Below are positions 38,695-53,019 of a stretch of 64,000 nt of DNA, piece after piece. Location: assembly GCA_951406725.2 (NCBI GenBank), contig OX597815.1, positions 189,224,001 to 189,288,000 of the forward strand. The letters run 5' to 3'. This DNA is from Octopus vulgaris. Its lineage: Eukaryota. The notes below the pieces were generated by a model. That model worked only from the letters and a program-made list of their open reading frames with translations, did not search any database and was not told the DNA's origin. Every line of letters begins with the position of its first letter. Within the stretch, counting starts at the first letter, position 1. Made by a program: the position numbers and the translations under genes.

Positions 38695-40950
38695 TTCACT
38701 ACCTGGAATCAAACTCAGAATCTGGTGGTTAGAAGCCAGCGCTCTTAACCACTACACCATATGTACATAATTCCTCATTTCTTAGATATAGAATTGAATG
38801 AACAAGACCATTGGTATTATGCCATGCCGGAGAAGAAGACCCATCAAGGTGAGCAAAATTACAGTCATGGCATATACTGGTGTCACACAAATTGGCACCC
38901 ATACCAGTGGCACATAAATGCACCCCGGTGTAACACAAATGGCACCCATGCCAGTGGTGCATAAACACACATGCGTGTGTGTATGTATGTATGTGTGTGT
39001 ATATGCTTGTGTGTCTGTGTTTGTCCCCACCAACATCGCTTGACAACCGATGCTGGTGTGTTTACATCCCCATAACTTAGCAGTTCAGCCTAAGAGACTG
39101 ATAGAATAAGTACTAATCTTACAAAGAATAAGTCCTGGGGTCGATTTGCTCGACTAAAGGCGGTGCTCCAGTCAAATGACTGAAACAAACTCAACATGCA
39201 CACACACATACAGAGCAGGCTTCTGTACAGTTTCTTTCTACCAAATTCTATTCGCACGGTATTCATCAATGTAAGTCTATGGTTAAAGATCCTTGCTCCT
39301 GGTGCTGTGCCATAGGATTGAACACATAACTAACACAGTTGCAAGTCAAACTTATTAACTACATGACTTTATTGTTGTTCCTTCTCGAGCCACACCTGGC
39401 TCATAGGGCCGGTTTCTCGGTTTTCTTGGCGTATAGGTTCCCCACCTGGACGGGATGCCGGTCCGTCACTGGTGAGCTGTAAAATGCAAGAGGAAAGAGT
39501 GAGAGAAAGTTGTGGCGAAAGAGTCAACAGAAGTTCGTCATTACCTTCTGCCAGAGCCGCGTAGAGCTTAGGTGTTTTGCTCATAAACACACACATCGCC
39601 CGGTCTGAGATTCGAACCCACGATCCCTCGACTATGAGTCCGCTGCTCTAATCACTAGGCCATGTGCCTCCACTACTACATGACTTTGCCTGCACATATA
39701 CTAACTAACGCTTTAAAAAGAATAAATATTAAAAAAACATTTTGAAACCAGAAATTGTTTTATAAAGCAATTGACTAAGATCTGTATGAATTTTAAATCT
39801 TTGCACAATTGCCTTGTTAAAATAGTAACATGTCCATTAAATGCATAGCTAAGCACTTAGCCATCACTCTACAAATATTAGGTCTCTTCTTAATGTGTCA
39901 GAACATTAATGAACAAAATATTTTGTATAATTATCAATAGGACTGACTGCCTTTGTAAATTTACTAAAGCTTAACCAATATTAATGGAATGATAACTGTT
40001 AAAGCTGTAGCCACTGTGCTAGTATAACTAATCTATCAAATATATTAGCAATCAGATGACAGAGATGGTGTTAAAGCTATCAAATAATTTATCAATTAGG
40101 TAATATCAATAATTTGTAAGTGGTGGTCGGCTGTTGAGGCATCCACGTCACTGCTAGAGTCATTAGTGATGTAATTGAAACAGCTCCTGTTGGGAATTGA
40201 AACTGAAACATGGATTCCACCTGCCTGTATCTTACTGTTACAAAATTAACAATAATCAATATGGAGATTAGTTTCTGGCGACCAATGGAAATCTGGAAAT
40301 ATTTTCATTGTTCTTTGAAATAAATGGCATCAAAATTAATACAAGTGTGTTTGCGCCAATGTTTAAGTGGTTCTGTGAAATAGAACAAGAAAGGTTGCTT
40401 AGCAATAAAGCCTGATATTTCAGACAATACTGTCACTAGCTCCAGCTCAACCGTAACTGAGCATAGCAATGATCAATGGCAATCCAGCCATGACCATCTG
40501 ATGCATTTTGGCAGTAACTAAGACAATATTATTTAACTGGGAGGTGTAATGGCCCAGTGGTTAGAGCAGCAGACTCGCGGTTGTAGGATCGCGGTTTCGA
40601 TTCCCAGACCGGGCGTTGTAAGTGTTTATTGAGTGAAAACACCTAAAGCTCCACAAGGCTCCGGCAGGGATGGTGGTGATCCCTGCTGTACCTGTATTTC
40701 AAAGGGCCGGCCTTGTCACTCTCTGTGTTACGCTGAATATCCCCGAGAACTACGTTAAGGGTACACGTGTCTGTGGAGTGCTCAGCCACTTACATGTTAA
40801 TTTCACGAGCAGGCTGTTCCGTTGATCGGATCAACCGGAACCCTCTTCGTCGTAACCGACGGAGTGCTTCCATCATTATTTAACACGTTTTTCATACATT
40901 TTAAAATAGAGGAGTATGCAATTTCTAGCTTATCAAACAACCATATAGAG

Positions 40951-41212
40951 CAGAGGTTCTCGACAATTTTTTTGCTTCTGGATCCCGTTGATTTTTATTT
41001 TACTCAATAGTCCCCCATAGCATTTTACTGTATGTGGAATGATCCTACCGTGTTTTTATAATCAAATATTATTAGGAATTATATGAAAAAATTAAAATAT
41101 TTTATGTACTGTAGAAGTATAACTGATTTATTACATGAAAGCTTTAACTATAAAATCTTATATGCACTTCCCCACCAGCAAGGCCTGTATGGACCCCTGT
41201 TGAGAACCACTG
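40951..41212. mobile_element. hAT-type MITE
   Basis: TIR CAGAGGTTCTCGAC / GTTGAGAACCACTG; 8-bp near-TSD ATATAGAG/ATGTAGAA. Confidence 0.8.
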
Positions 41213-41439
41213 ATGTAGAATTTCCCTCATTTGGACAACCATCCCCTTTCTTCTAACACAACAGCACTCAAAAATGTTAGCAATCTTTTATTATTTAAAC
41301 TAAAAAGAATCTGTAGATGGTCTGATGAGCTAGTCTTACTAGGACAGCATGTTACAAACTGTAAGACAAATTATTTTATTTCGTTTTGGATTTTAGTTTG
41401 CAAGATTCTTTATATGAGTTCGTGTGTTGAAGCATATTC

Positions 41440-41650
41440 TGTTGTGTCTGGGGAGAGTCATTTTCTTTTTGTGCCTTATAATATAACACACTCACCAGTA
41501 AAATTTCCACTTTTTCTCTTTCTTCTTTTCTTTCTCTTTTTCTCTCTCTTTTTTTTCTTTTTTTCTTCTTATTTTTAAGAAAAAAAGTGGAAATTTTACC
41601 GGTGAGTGTGTTAAGGCACAAAAAGAAAATAACCTTTCCTAGACACAACA
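41440..41650. repeat. Fold-back (inverted repeat) element, same family as 54624-54890
   Basis: TGTTGTGTCT..AAATTTCCACTT mirrored across a pyrimidine-rich spacer. Confidence 0.85.
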
Positions 41651-42630
41651 TGACAAATTATTTGTTTTTCCATTATACATGCTCTTATCATTTTTGTCTT
41701 CATAAAACAAATAGTTACCAATAGAAGATATGGTTTACTTCTGTAATAAACATGCTGAATATGTAACACACATTGTTAAGTTGCAATTTCTGAACTGAAA
41801 TTTTTCTATGAACAACGAGAGAGGAAATAGCATTACTATATCCAATTGCATTACTATTCAAAACAGAGCATCCAAATATCCTGAACAGTGAATAAATACC
41901 ATTCCAGCAATTGTCCTTGGACTTTCGGAAACAATGACACCATTCATTTTGATGAGGTGGAATAAATAGCTGAGCTATAACGAGTTAAATTGTGAGATTC
42001 TTGAATCTAGTTAAAATTCAACATGAAAAAGTGGCTTTAGTACAATAATCTGCAGTGTTATTGTAATAACTTTACATATAATTGTTTCAACTACTAATTA
42101 GGTTTATCAGAGCTTAACTTTAGCCAATATGATTATGTATAAAGGACATCAGAGAGAAAATGATAAAATCTCTTCTATAAACCACAACAATAACATTAAC
42201 GATATTCGGAGATGAAATACATGAGGAAGATGATTATGAAGCTAATTAATGAGATGAAATTAAACATATTTCTATTCAGAATGTTAGCATAACAACAATA
42301 TAAATTTCATTTATAATAAATCGAACAGAAAATATTATTAAAACAAAAATAAAAAAAAAAGGCAGGTAATACAAGGCAGGTTGCTACAGCAACAATAAAT
42401 GCACAGAAGCCACAGTGCATCGGAACTCACTGTATGAAAAGTGCCATTTCACAAGATCAGAACATTTATCAATTTGCAATAAGTCTTTCAACACTTGATG
42501 CTAAAGCCTGAATTCTGTACTGTGGCTTTTCCATAACTGGCAATCTGAATTTGGGATAAAATTACAGAGACTATTGTCAGAGATGTTTTGGCTGAGGTTT
42601 AAGCTTTCAAGGTTCAAGAGTTCAAATAGC

Positions 42631-43230
42631 TATTTCTTTACTACCCACAAGGGGCTAAACACAGAGGGGACAAACAAGGACAAACAAACGGATTAAGTTG
42701 ATTATATCGACCCCAGTGTGTAACTGGTACTTATTTAATCGACCCCGAAAGAATGAAAGGCAAAGTCGACCTCGGTGGAATTTGAACTCAGAACGTAAAG
42801 AAAGACAAAATACCAATTTTTTATTATCAACAAGGGGCTAAACACAGGGAGGACAAACAAGGACAGACAAACAGATTAAGTCGATTATATCGACCCCAGT
42901 GCGTAACTGGTACTTATTTAATCGACCCTGAAAGGTTGAAAGGCAAATTCGACCTCGGCGGAATTTGAACTCAGAACATAACAGCAGACAAAATACCTAT
43001 TTTTTTACTACCCTCAAGGGGCTAAACACAGAGAGGACAATCAAGGACAGACAAACAGATTAAGTTGATTATATCGAGCCCAGTGTGTAACTGGTAATTA
43101 TTTAATCGACCCCGAAAGGATGAAAGGCAAAGTTGATCTCGGTGGAATTTGAACTCAGAACGTAATGGCAGACGAAATACGGCTAAGCATTTCGCCCAGC
43201 ATGCTAACGTTTCTGCCAGCTCACCTCCCT
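42631..43230 (-). mobile_element. SINE family A tandem trimer
   Basis: Same architecture as 13764-14364; flanking CAAG(A/T)GTTCAAATA repeat. Confidence 0.9.
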
Positions 43231-45147
43231 CAAGTGTTCAAATACCTTTTATCACTTTTACTATTGAAATTACTCTGAACCAGTGGAGTTCTGTGGCTTA
43301 GGTGAAGGTGTGTGGTTTAGGTGAAGGCACATGGGTTAGTGGTTGGGGTGTTGGACTCATGATCTCAAGAATGTGGTTTCAGTTCCTAAACGAAGTGATT
43401 CATTATGTTCTTGAGCAATAACACCTCATTTCAATTTGCCCAAATCTACACCACTTGCAAAGGTGAATTATTCTGTGACAAACTGGTGTCCATTCCAGCA
43501 GGAAATATGTGTATCACAGAAACCGAAGAACCAGCTCTGTGAGTCTGTATGGCCCAGGGAAGATTAGTGATTGGCTCTTAGGAAACTTATAACCAATTTG
43601 CATGGCATATACAAAAATAATAAAACAAACAGAAATAGCTTGCTTACCAACCACATGGTTCCGGGTTCAGTCCCACTGTGTGGCAATTTGGGCAAGTCTC
43701 TTCTACTATAGCTTTGAGCTGACCGAAACCTTGTGAGTGGATTTGGTAGACGGAAACTGAAAGAAGCTCATTGTATATATGTATGTGTGTGTGTCTGTAT
43801 TTGTCCCTCGCCCCCACCATTGCTTGACAACCAATGCTGGTGTGTTTACGTCCCAGTAATTTAGTGGTTCAGCAAAAAGAGATCGATAGAATAAGTACTA
43901 GGCTTACAAAGAATAAGTCCTGGGGTCGATTTGCTCGCCTAAAAGTAGTGCTCCAGCATGGCCACAGTCAGATGACAGAAACAATAAAAGAGTAAAAGAG
44001 TAACGGAAAGAATTTAGTAATGATAAAAAGGATTCTAAACTTAAAGACAGTTAGTGATGAAGATAAATTATTGTAGAACTTTCAAAATTTGAAGAATTTT
44101 TGAAGCAATGTTTCTGCTTCCTTATCTTTGAGCGATTTTAATATGAGATCCAATTAGTTTAATGCTTTGCATAAAGAAAGAGATAACTAATCTAAATAAC
44201 GAAGGTTAATTTGTCTCAGATGGGAGATAGGTACGATCCACTTATAGATCATCAATATCAAAATATGCTAATATCCTAATATCTTTTGTAACATTATTCA
44301 GCTAAACATTAAGCTAATGAGGCGTATTTTATGTGGTCACTTGTCCTGCTAGAAATAACGACCGAATCTCCTTGAATTTGGTTTTTAAATAGGAAAAGGA
44401 TTTAGTTGTTAATATAGCCCTATGCACCACTGAAAATGTGAGGCTGTCATGGGTCAAATGATTTTTATTATAGGTTTCTTAAATCTGTGCTGACTTACAG
44501 CTAAATAGTAAAAACAACAACTAGATATAATAGTACTAAAATTACCTTCGATGATAAAATATAAAAGAGTGGAGAAAAATGAGTCTAGAAGGATCTATTT
44601 CGGGAGATCTGAAGGTCAAAAGTTTTAACTGATGATGAAAGACTGGAACAAATAATTAACAAGAATAAAATGATATATGTTATTAATATGAATAATGTAC
44701 CTAGAAAAACAATGGCAAAGTGCAAAATTTAGATAAAAACAAAAAGAAGAAAGAAGGAGGGAAGAGAACAATAACTATTTCTGATGTGGCAATTATTCTC
44801 TCTTGGATTAGACAAGTAATGATGTAAAGGAAAGGGAAGCAAGAATTAGGTAAAAAGAAGCAGCAGAAGGAATGGCATTTGATTAATAATTGTAATTATG
44901 ATAATTAACATTATCAGTATTCTGTTTGAAAGATACTCTTCAAGGATAGATTATGAACTTAGATTGAAATAAAGCAATGGATGTGATAAACTAAAATGTA
45001 AATTGAGGATGAAAAAGAAATACCCATTAATTAAGGCCAAGTCTTATTGAAATGCAGATTCGGAATTATAGAAATATAATTTGGTTGTCAACAATTCTTC
45101 AGTTTGAGAAATACTTTTGCTCTCTTCTCTATTCAACTCTTCCATCC

Positions 45148-45186
<39 letters not shown>

Positions 45187-45195
45187 TACATACAA

Positions 45196-45265
<70 letters not shown>

Positions 45266-45300
45266 ATGTATATATATATAGATAATATATATACATACAA

Positions 45301-45355
<55 letters not shown>

Positions 45356-46317
45356 GCATATATACATATAAAGTCAGATTTCAGAGGTGAGTATATCTAT
45401 TTATTTAACCACATGACTTCCATAGGCTTACAGCTGTTTCACAACCTTCTTCGTGTAGTATTAATTTCATTATGCAAAAAAAAAATTATGCATACATGTT
45501 TGCATTATGTATGCTCAGTATTATACAACACAATTAAATATTCACAGATCAATGCAAACAAAGAAAGCTAACTCATCAGATTAATGGACACAACATGGTG
45601 GATATATATGTGTACATATGTTTCTGTATACATGTTTCTATGTATGTGTGTATGTATATGTATTCTGTCTAATCCTGATTTATGTGCTGAGAAACATATA
45701 GAGGTGTGGCTGATATGTAAGTAAAATTCTTGAAAGTTCAAATATTTCTTGTGATGTTTTCATAACCTTGTTGAATTCCTATAAAAGTTTATTGTCATTG
45801 AACACAGTTTCTTGGCATTAGTTTGACCTCTCAGTCTTTATGCATTCATCCATGAATTCTGTAGAATTTTCACTTCATCAGTCGTTTTGTCCCCCACTTA
45901 CCCATCAGTGTAATTACTTTGGTAAAAATACTTTTATATTATTTGCTTATATTTTTATATATTTTATGTTATTTTATATTTTACTCTATATGTTATCTTT
46001 GTGGGGGCACGTGGCTTAGTGGTTAGGGTGTCAGCACCATGATCGTAAGATTGTGGTTTCGATTCCTGGACTGAGCAATGCATTGTGTTCTTGAGCAAAA
46101 CACTTCATTTCATGTTGCTCCAGTCCACTCAACTGACAAAAATGAGTAACACTGCGATGGACTGGCATCCCATCCAGCTGGGGAACACATATGCCATAGA
46201 AACTGGGAAACTGGGCCCATGACCCTGGCTAGGCTTTAAAAGGGAACATTTATTTTTTTATAAATGTTATTATATGCTATCTTTACATTATCTCCTGTTT
46301 GGTTATTATTATCTTGT

Positions 46318-46845
46318 TTAACCCTTTTGATACCAACCTGCCTGAAACTGCCTCTGGTACTGTAGTACAAATGTCTTAGAAAATTACTACTTATAAATCT
46401 TACAACAAGAGATATTCAGCAACAGTACTTTGGAGTAAAGATTATTTGCTGACATAACATGGCATTCCTGGTTTAGGACTAATGTTGCTATAATTTAATC
46501 CCAGCAGACATCGTCTCCAGCTGGCTATATGACATGATCTGTGTCCTTATATTTTTGAAAATATAAGGAAACAGATTGTGTTGTATAGCCAGCTGGAGAC
46601 GATGTCTCCTGGGGCTAAATTACTCAACATTAGTCCTAAACCAGGGCTGCCATGTTATGTCGGCAAATAGTCTTTACTACAAATGTCTTGTTTTCAAAAG
46701 TTCTGAATTAAAATCTACCAAACCTAAGTCACAATTTATGTTCCTCACATTAGCTTAATGATAAAAAATTCTTTGTTATATCTAAAATTAATTGAAAGAA
46801 ACACAGAGCATCTCAACAGAAGTATGGTAACAAAATATTAACAAA
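46318..46845 (+). mobile_element. piggyBac-like MITE (TTAA-CCCTTT start), interrupted; second 5' end at 46855
   Basis: TTAACCCTTTTGATACC start. Its 3' part matches 56985-57068, which ends CAAAAAGGGTT. Confidence 0.6.
46429..46683. mobile_element. Near-spacerless palindromic MITE (~127-bp arms)
   Basis: Symmetric about ~46556 (CCTTATATTTT-TG-AAAATATAAGG; CATCGTCTCCAGCTGGCTATA / TATAGCCAGCTGGAGACGATG). Confidence 0.88.
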
Positions 46846-46952
46846 TGATTAATTTTAACCCCTTTGATACCAGCCTGGCTGAAACCGCCTCTGGCTCTGT
46901 AGTACAAATGTCTTGTGTCCAAAAGTTCTGAATTAAAATCTTCCACGAAACC

Positions 46953-47214
46953 TGCTATGAAACCATCATAATCATTCATATTATTCTCTTCACAATAAGG
47001 CTGTCTGCAGGCAGCATGACACATAAAATTCACAATTTAAAATATTTCTGGTTAATTCTCAATTGCAATTTCGAAGTTAGAAACTTGTTGTCCTATATCA
47101 TATACCATATTGTGAAATAAAGGATATAAACAACACAACAGTTTCATTCTTCTCATCAGCAGACAGCGTTCTTGCGAAGAGAATAATACGAGTGATTATG
47201 ATGGTTTTATAGCA
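46953..47214. mobile_element. MITE-like element with ~56-bp TIRs
   Basis: 46953-47008 is the reverse complement of 47159-47214. Confidence 0.75.
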
Positions 47215-47397
47215 ATTTTGACTGCTATTTGTGTTTTCCATTTGTTTCTCTCATTGTTTGTGTATTGAACTCGTTTGTTTTCGCATTTCATGTTGTTTAG
47301 AGTTGGTGACGTCCTGTACCCATATGCATATGCCTGTATATATGTGTGTGTGTGTGTGTGTGTGTATGTATATATATATATGCATATAAATATATAT

Positions 47398-47459
<62 letters not shown>

Positions 47460-48450
47460 GAGAGAGAGATTAAGAGAGAGAGGAAAAGGAGTCAGTGAGA
47501 ATTTTAGATAATTCTTTATTAGCACTTTCATAATAAATTCTGACTGCCTCCTTTTTCTCAATATACAATATCTGTACAACCCCACTTCAATCACACACAC
47601 ACACACACATTTTCTCTCTCTCTCTCCATGTATATATATATATATACATTGTTGGTGCCATGTAAAAAGCACCTGTGCTGGTGCCATGTTAGAAGCACCA
47701 ATGCTGGCGCAACATAAAAAGCACCCAGTACACACTGTAAAATTATTGGCATTAGGAAAGGCATCCGGCTATAGAAGCCATGTGAAAACAGACAACTGGA
47801 GCTTGCTGCAGGCCTCTGTCAAAACCATCCCGTCAAAACCATCCAACCTATTCCAGCTTGTAAAATGGACATTAAATAATAATGATAATGATGATGATGA
47901 TGGTAGCATTAAGAAAATATACTCATCATATTGTTTAGCAACATTATCTAACGATACAAATAAACAAGAATTATAAACACATAACAAGTACTGTGTTACA
48001 GTAGCCTGATACCTATGCAAGAAAAAAAGAAAAAAAAATTAATCTGAAAATGTTTATTATTGGATAACTCTTTCTATTTTAACAAATAAATACCCAAGTT
48101 TTGTACAGGAGTGCTTCACAATGATAGGTTAAGAAACACGAAGGTCTATAAATACCATTAGTTATTAATCTCTTTTCTGTGTTATGCCCAGCGGAAACAA
48201 TCTATCCAGATTAATGCAGTTGAATATTTGCTAGATGCAATAATTCTTTTCTCCTTTCTCTCCTTTCTCTCCTTCCTCTCCTGTCATATTTTCTCTTCAT
48301 CTTTCGTTTGTGTAAGAGTTTCTTCGCCGTCTTTTGTAATTATTTCTGTATGTAGATTAAGGAATAAATATACATGATAAAGTATTGGTATTTATATGCA
48401 TGCGTGTATGTACGTATGTATGTATGTATGTATGTATGTATGTATGTATG

Positions 48451-48484
<34 letters not shown>

Positions 48485-48651
48485 TGTATGTATGTATGTA
48501 TGTATGTTATGTATGTTTGTATACATGTATGTATGAATACATGTATAGGTATATATATATATATATATATAAACATACATACAATGAAACCTACTAGTAT
48601 GCAGATACTTGCAATATTGCAATATGCATGCTTATATACATACATAAATAC

Positions 48652-48709
<58 letters not shown>

Positions 48710-48809
48710 ACATACAAACATACATACATATGATTTTTGATTTTGATTTTTCCAGTTTCAGCTTATGAGCTGTGGCCATGCTGGGGCACCGCCATATATA
48801 TGCATAATT

Positions 48810-48843
<34 letters not shown>

Positions 48844-48911
48844 CATATATCTGTGTGTGTTTTTGTATACGTATATATATATACACACACCCGTGTGTGT
48901 AAGTATATATG

Positions 48912-48954
<43 letters not shown>

Positions 48955-48960
48955 ACAAGC

Positions 48961-49002
<42 letters not shown>

Positions 49003-49242
49003 TTATCAAGCTAGCTAGCTATATGTACACACACACACACACTTGGTTGATTATGGAGGTGTGTCTTTCAAATTGAAAAATTCAATATAGCTACTACACA
49101 GGAGTATAATAAGTTATGTTGAATCACCTTGAAATATCAGTCAAAACTGTCCAACAAACAGGAACATGAAACTCTGAGTAGAAGTTTTCTGCGATATTTT
49201 ATGCTGTTTTTATAACTTCAATAATAAAGTATAAATATATGT

Positions 49243-49287
<45 letters not shown>

Positions 49288-49328
49288 TAAATATTTGTAA
49301 ATATATGTGACAATTATTTGGTAGCCAA

Positions 49329-49388
49329 GATAAAACTCTGAGTTTCGGATGCCGAGGTGGAAATCCCCCCACCATCTCTTCAGTTATC
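49329..49388 (-). ncRNA. Type I hammerhead ribozyme motif
   Basis: Minus strand GATAA-CTGAAGA-GATG GTGG..CCAC..CATC-C-GAAA-CTCAGAG-TT-TTATC. Confidence 0.7.
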
Positions 49389-49402
49389 CAGTTAGATGGC
49401 CA

Positions 49403-49463
49403 GATAATTGAAGAGATGGTGGTGTGGATTTCCACCTCAGCATCCGAAACTCAGAGTTTTATC
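49403..49463 (+). ncRNA. Mirror copy of the hammerhead motif (C3U variant)
   Basis: GATAA-TTGAAGA-GATG..CATC-C-GAAA-CTCAGAG-TT-TTATC. Confidence 0.6.
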
Positions 49464-50634
49464 TTGGCTACCGAATAATTGTCACATACTACATTTACAG
49501 ATAAATTCCTCTATTTGCATAATATTGAGGTCTCTTTCTTTCTTTTGTTATCTTACTGTTTTTACTAATCATCATCATCATCATCATCGTTTAGCGTCTG
49601 CTTTCCATGCTGGCATGGGTTGGACGGTGCAACTGGGGTCTGGGAAGCCAGAAGGCTGCACCAGACCCAGTCTGATCTGGCAATGTTTCTACGGCTGGAT
49701 GCCCTTCCTAACGCCAACCACTCCATGAGTGTAGGGGGTGCTTTTTACATGCCACCAGCATAGGTGCCAGACGAGGCTGGCAAACGGCCACGGTCGGATG
49801 GTGCTTTTTACGTGCCACCGGCACGGAGGCCAGGCAAGGCTGGCAACGGCCACGATCGGATGGTGCTTTTTTACGTGCCACCGGCACAGAAGCCTGTCGG
49901 GGCAGCACTAGCAACAGCCACGTTCGGATGGTTCTCTTATGGGCCACCAGCACTGGCATCACAGCTACAATTTCCACTCATGTTTTTACCAATATATATA
50001 TCATCATATCATCATCATCATTTAGCGTCCGTTCTCCATGCTAGCATGGGTTGGACGGTTCAACTGGGGTCTGTGAAGCTGGAAGGCTTCATCATATATA
50101 TATATGCATGTATATACGCATGTGTGTATTCATGCCACCAAGTTGATATCGGGAGAATTATATTCAGTGTTTTGTTGGCATATTTTCAACAAGCCATAAT
50201 GCTCTGCAGTTTAATTTTCCTGCTCATCTGTCATGTAAAATTCCACGAGTGCAATAAATCACAAGACGACAAAATAGAGATCGTGTCACTTGTGCTTTGA
50301 GAGCTGATGAAACCTGTTGATGTATTGATTAACCAAAGATAAAAGATTAGTCTATCATTATGATCAAGAGAACATCAAACAATCTAGAGAATGAAAATGG
50401 TTGAGGATTCCTTGACCGAAATCATAAAAAGCAGCGAAATCTACTCAGAAAATCATGATAGAAGTGCTCTGGAATTGGAAAGCCGTTTTCTCAGTAAAAT
50501 TCTTACTGTCACCCATTCCATGTCAGTAAGAGAGCCTTTATACTGTCATTCTTATTTACTTCCTTCTGTGGTCAGTTGTTGCGACTGTGACATCTCTTGG
50601 CTTTGGCATGACTTGATAAGCTTTCTCCATACCT

Positions 50635-50866
50635 ATTTCTTTACTGTCCATAAGGAGCTACACACAGAGGGGACAAACAATAACAGACAAACGGATTAAG
50701 TCGATTATATCGACCCCAGTGCATAACTGGTACTTATTTAATCGACCCGGAAAGGATGAAAGGCAAAGTCGACCTCGACGAAATTTGAACTCAGAAGGTA
50801 GCGGCAGACGAAATACCGCTAAGCATTTCGCCCGGTGTGCTAACAATTCTGCCAGCTCACCGTCTT
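50635..50866 (-). mobile_element. SINE family A with 16-bp TSD
   Basis: AGCTTTCTCCATACCT on both sides. Confidence 0.9.
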
Positions 50867-52176
50867 AGCTTTCTCCATACCTGTTAGGCTTTCATTTGTG
50901 TTTGCCATTTATTATGATCAGTTCCTTTCCATTTCATGTACCTTTTTTTCAGTGTCTTTGAATCTCTCAGTCTCGGTCTTCCCTGGTTTTCTTTTCCTTT
51001 GCATAGTTGGGAATGAAAAAATTGCCTGAGGAGTCTGCTGCTGTCCATCCTGTGTGCATGACATACACCTTTCGAGCTGACAGAAACTTTAGCACGCCGG
51101 GCGAAATGCGTAGCCGTATTTCATCTGCCGTTACGTTCTGGGTTCAAATTCCGCCTCGGTCGACTTTGCCTTTCATCCTTTCGAGGTCGATAAATTAAGT
51201 ACCAGTTATGCACTGAGGTCGATCTAATCGACTTAATCCGTTTGTCTGTCCTTGTTTGTCCCCTCTGTGTTTAGCCCCTTGTGGGTAGTAAAGAGATATA
51301 TTAATAACTACAAATTCTCCATCTCCCTCCAAATCATAAAAAAGTGGCAAGATGCTCTGGATAATGTGATCATGTAGTAGTTGATATATTTTGTCCATTT
51401 GTTTAACATCCATTTATCCACACCAGCATGTGTTAAATGAGTGGTTATTCCAGGCAGAATTTTATAGATGAATGCTCTTCCAGTTGCCAACTCTTGCCTC
51501 CTGTTTCTGAAGCAAGGGATTCTTTTTATTCCAGATGGCTTTGAAAGTGCTGAGTGAATAGTCACAATGTTTATTGGGAATGTGTACATCATCACCGTTT
51601 TGCTTGGGCAGCAACAAACTTGGAATATCGACTTCAAATTTTGGCACAAGCAAGCATTTCTGGAGAAGGGGCTAAGTTGATTACATCGACCCCAGTACTC
51701 AGCTGGTGCTTACTTTTTTGACCCCCCAAAAAGATGAAAGGCAAAGTCAACCTCAGTGGAATTTGAACTCAGAGCATAATGCCAGAAGAAATGTTACTTA
51801 GTGTTTTGTCCAATATGGTAACAATACTGCCAGCTTGCTGCCTTATACAAACTTGAAATACTGATATTCTTAGACTGACACGTATCCCCCACCCCCATCC
51901 CCACCCAACACATACACACATACAAAGGTATATGACAAGACTTCCTGCAGTTTCTGTTTACCAAATCCACTCACAAAGCAGTGGTTGGCCGATGAAATCA
52001 CTGATTCGTGATAATGGACAGTAGAACTGGACCAGAGGCCATTGTGAAGTGAACATCTTAACCATACAACCATACTTAGAAACTTGAGAAAAAAAAGCAA
52101 AAAGGGTGCAATGCTAAGAACAGGAATGCCTTTGATTACAGGTGTGCTAGATCAAGTCTGAAACAACATCATCATC

Positions 52177-52222
<46 letters not shown>

Positions 52223-53019
52223 CCATCATCATCATCGTTTAACGTCCCCTTTCCATGCTAGCATGGGTTGGACGATTTTGACGGAGGGCTGGCAAACCTG
52301 ATGGCTGCACCAGGCTCCAATCTTGATCTGGCAGAGTTTCTACAGCTGGATGCCCTTCCTAACGCCAACCACTCTGAGAGTGTAGTGGGTGCTTTTTTTA
52401 CTTGCCACCGCCATAGGGGCCAGGCAGGCGGTATTGGCAACGACCTCGCTCAAATCCTTTTACACATGCCACCAGCACAGGTGCCAGTAAGGCGATGCTG
52501 GTAACGATCACGCTCGAATGGTGCCTTTTTTACATGCCTGCTCTTGTTGACACATCTACATGAAGCAAACGGGAAGAAATTTCAATTGCTAACACACGTA
52601 CTTTTTCTTTTGCCTGACATTTTAAATATTCACTATGTTTTTAGTTGCAAAAGATACCTATTTCTTTACTACCCACAAGGGGCCAAACACAGAGAGGACA
52701 AACAAGGACAGACAAATGGATTAAGTCGATTATATCGACCCCAGTGCGTAACTGGTACTTATTTACTTGACCCCGAAAGGATGAAAGGCAAAGTTGACCT
52801 CGGCGGAATTTGAACTCAGAACGAGCGGCAGACGACATACCGCTAAGCATTTCGCCCGACGTGCTAACGTTTCTGCCAGCTCGCCGCAAAAGATACCATT
52901 TATTATGCAAGCTTTTCACAGCAGAATCGCATAATTCATCCATCAGATAAAGTGCTATGTAAGTTCTATTTATTTACTAAATTTTAAGGAATTGCAGAAA
53001 AATTACTCAGAATTCTGAA

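Noticed and set aside
40236-42500. Short minus-strand exon-like segments (about 40236-40292 and 42431-42500)
   Set aside because: Weak acceptors and unrecognised peptides; expected by chance in AT-rich DNA.
47139-47167. Minus-strand CTGATGA..GAAA
   Set aside because: No stem II and no helix I partner.
49740-49975. Regularly spaced GGTGCTTTTTACGTGCCACC repeats resembling a CRISPR array
   Set aside because: Internal tandem units of SINE D; spacers are mutually similar, no cas genes, eukaryotic context.
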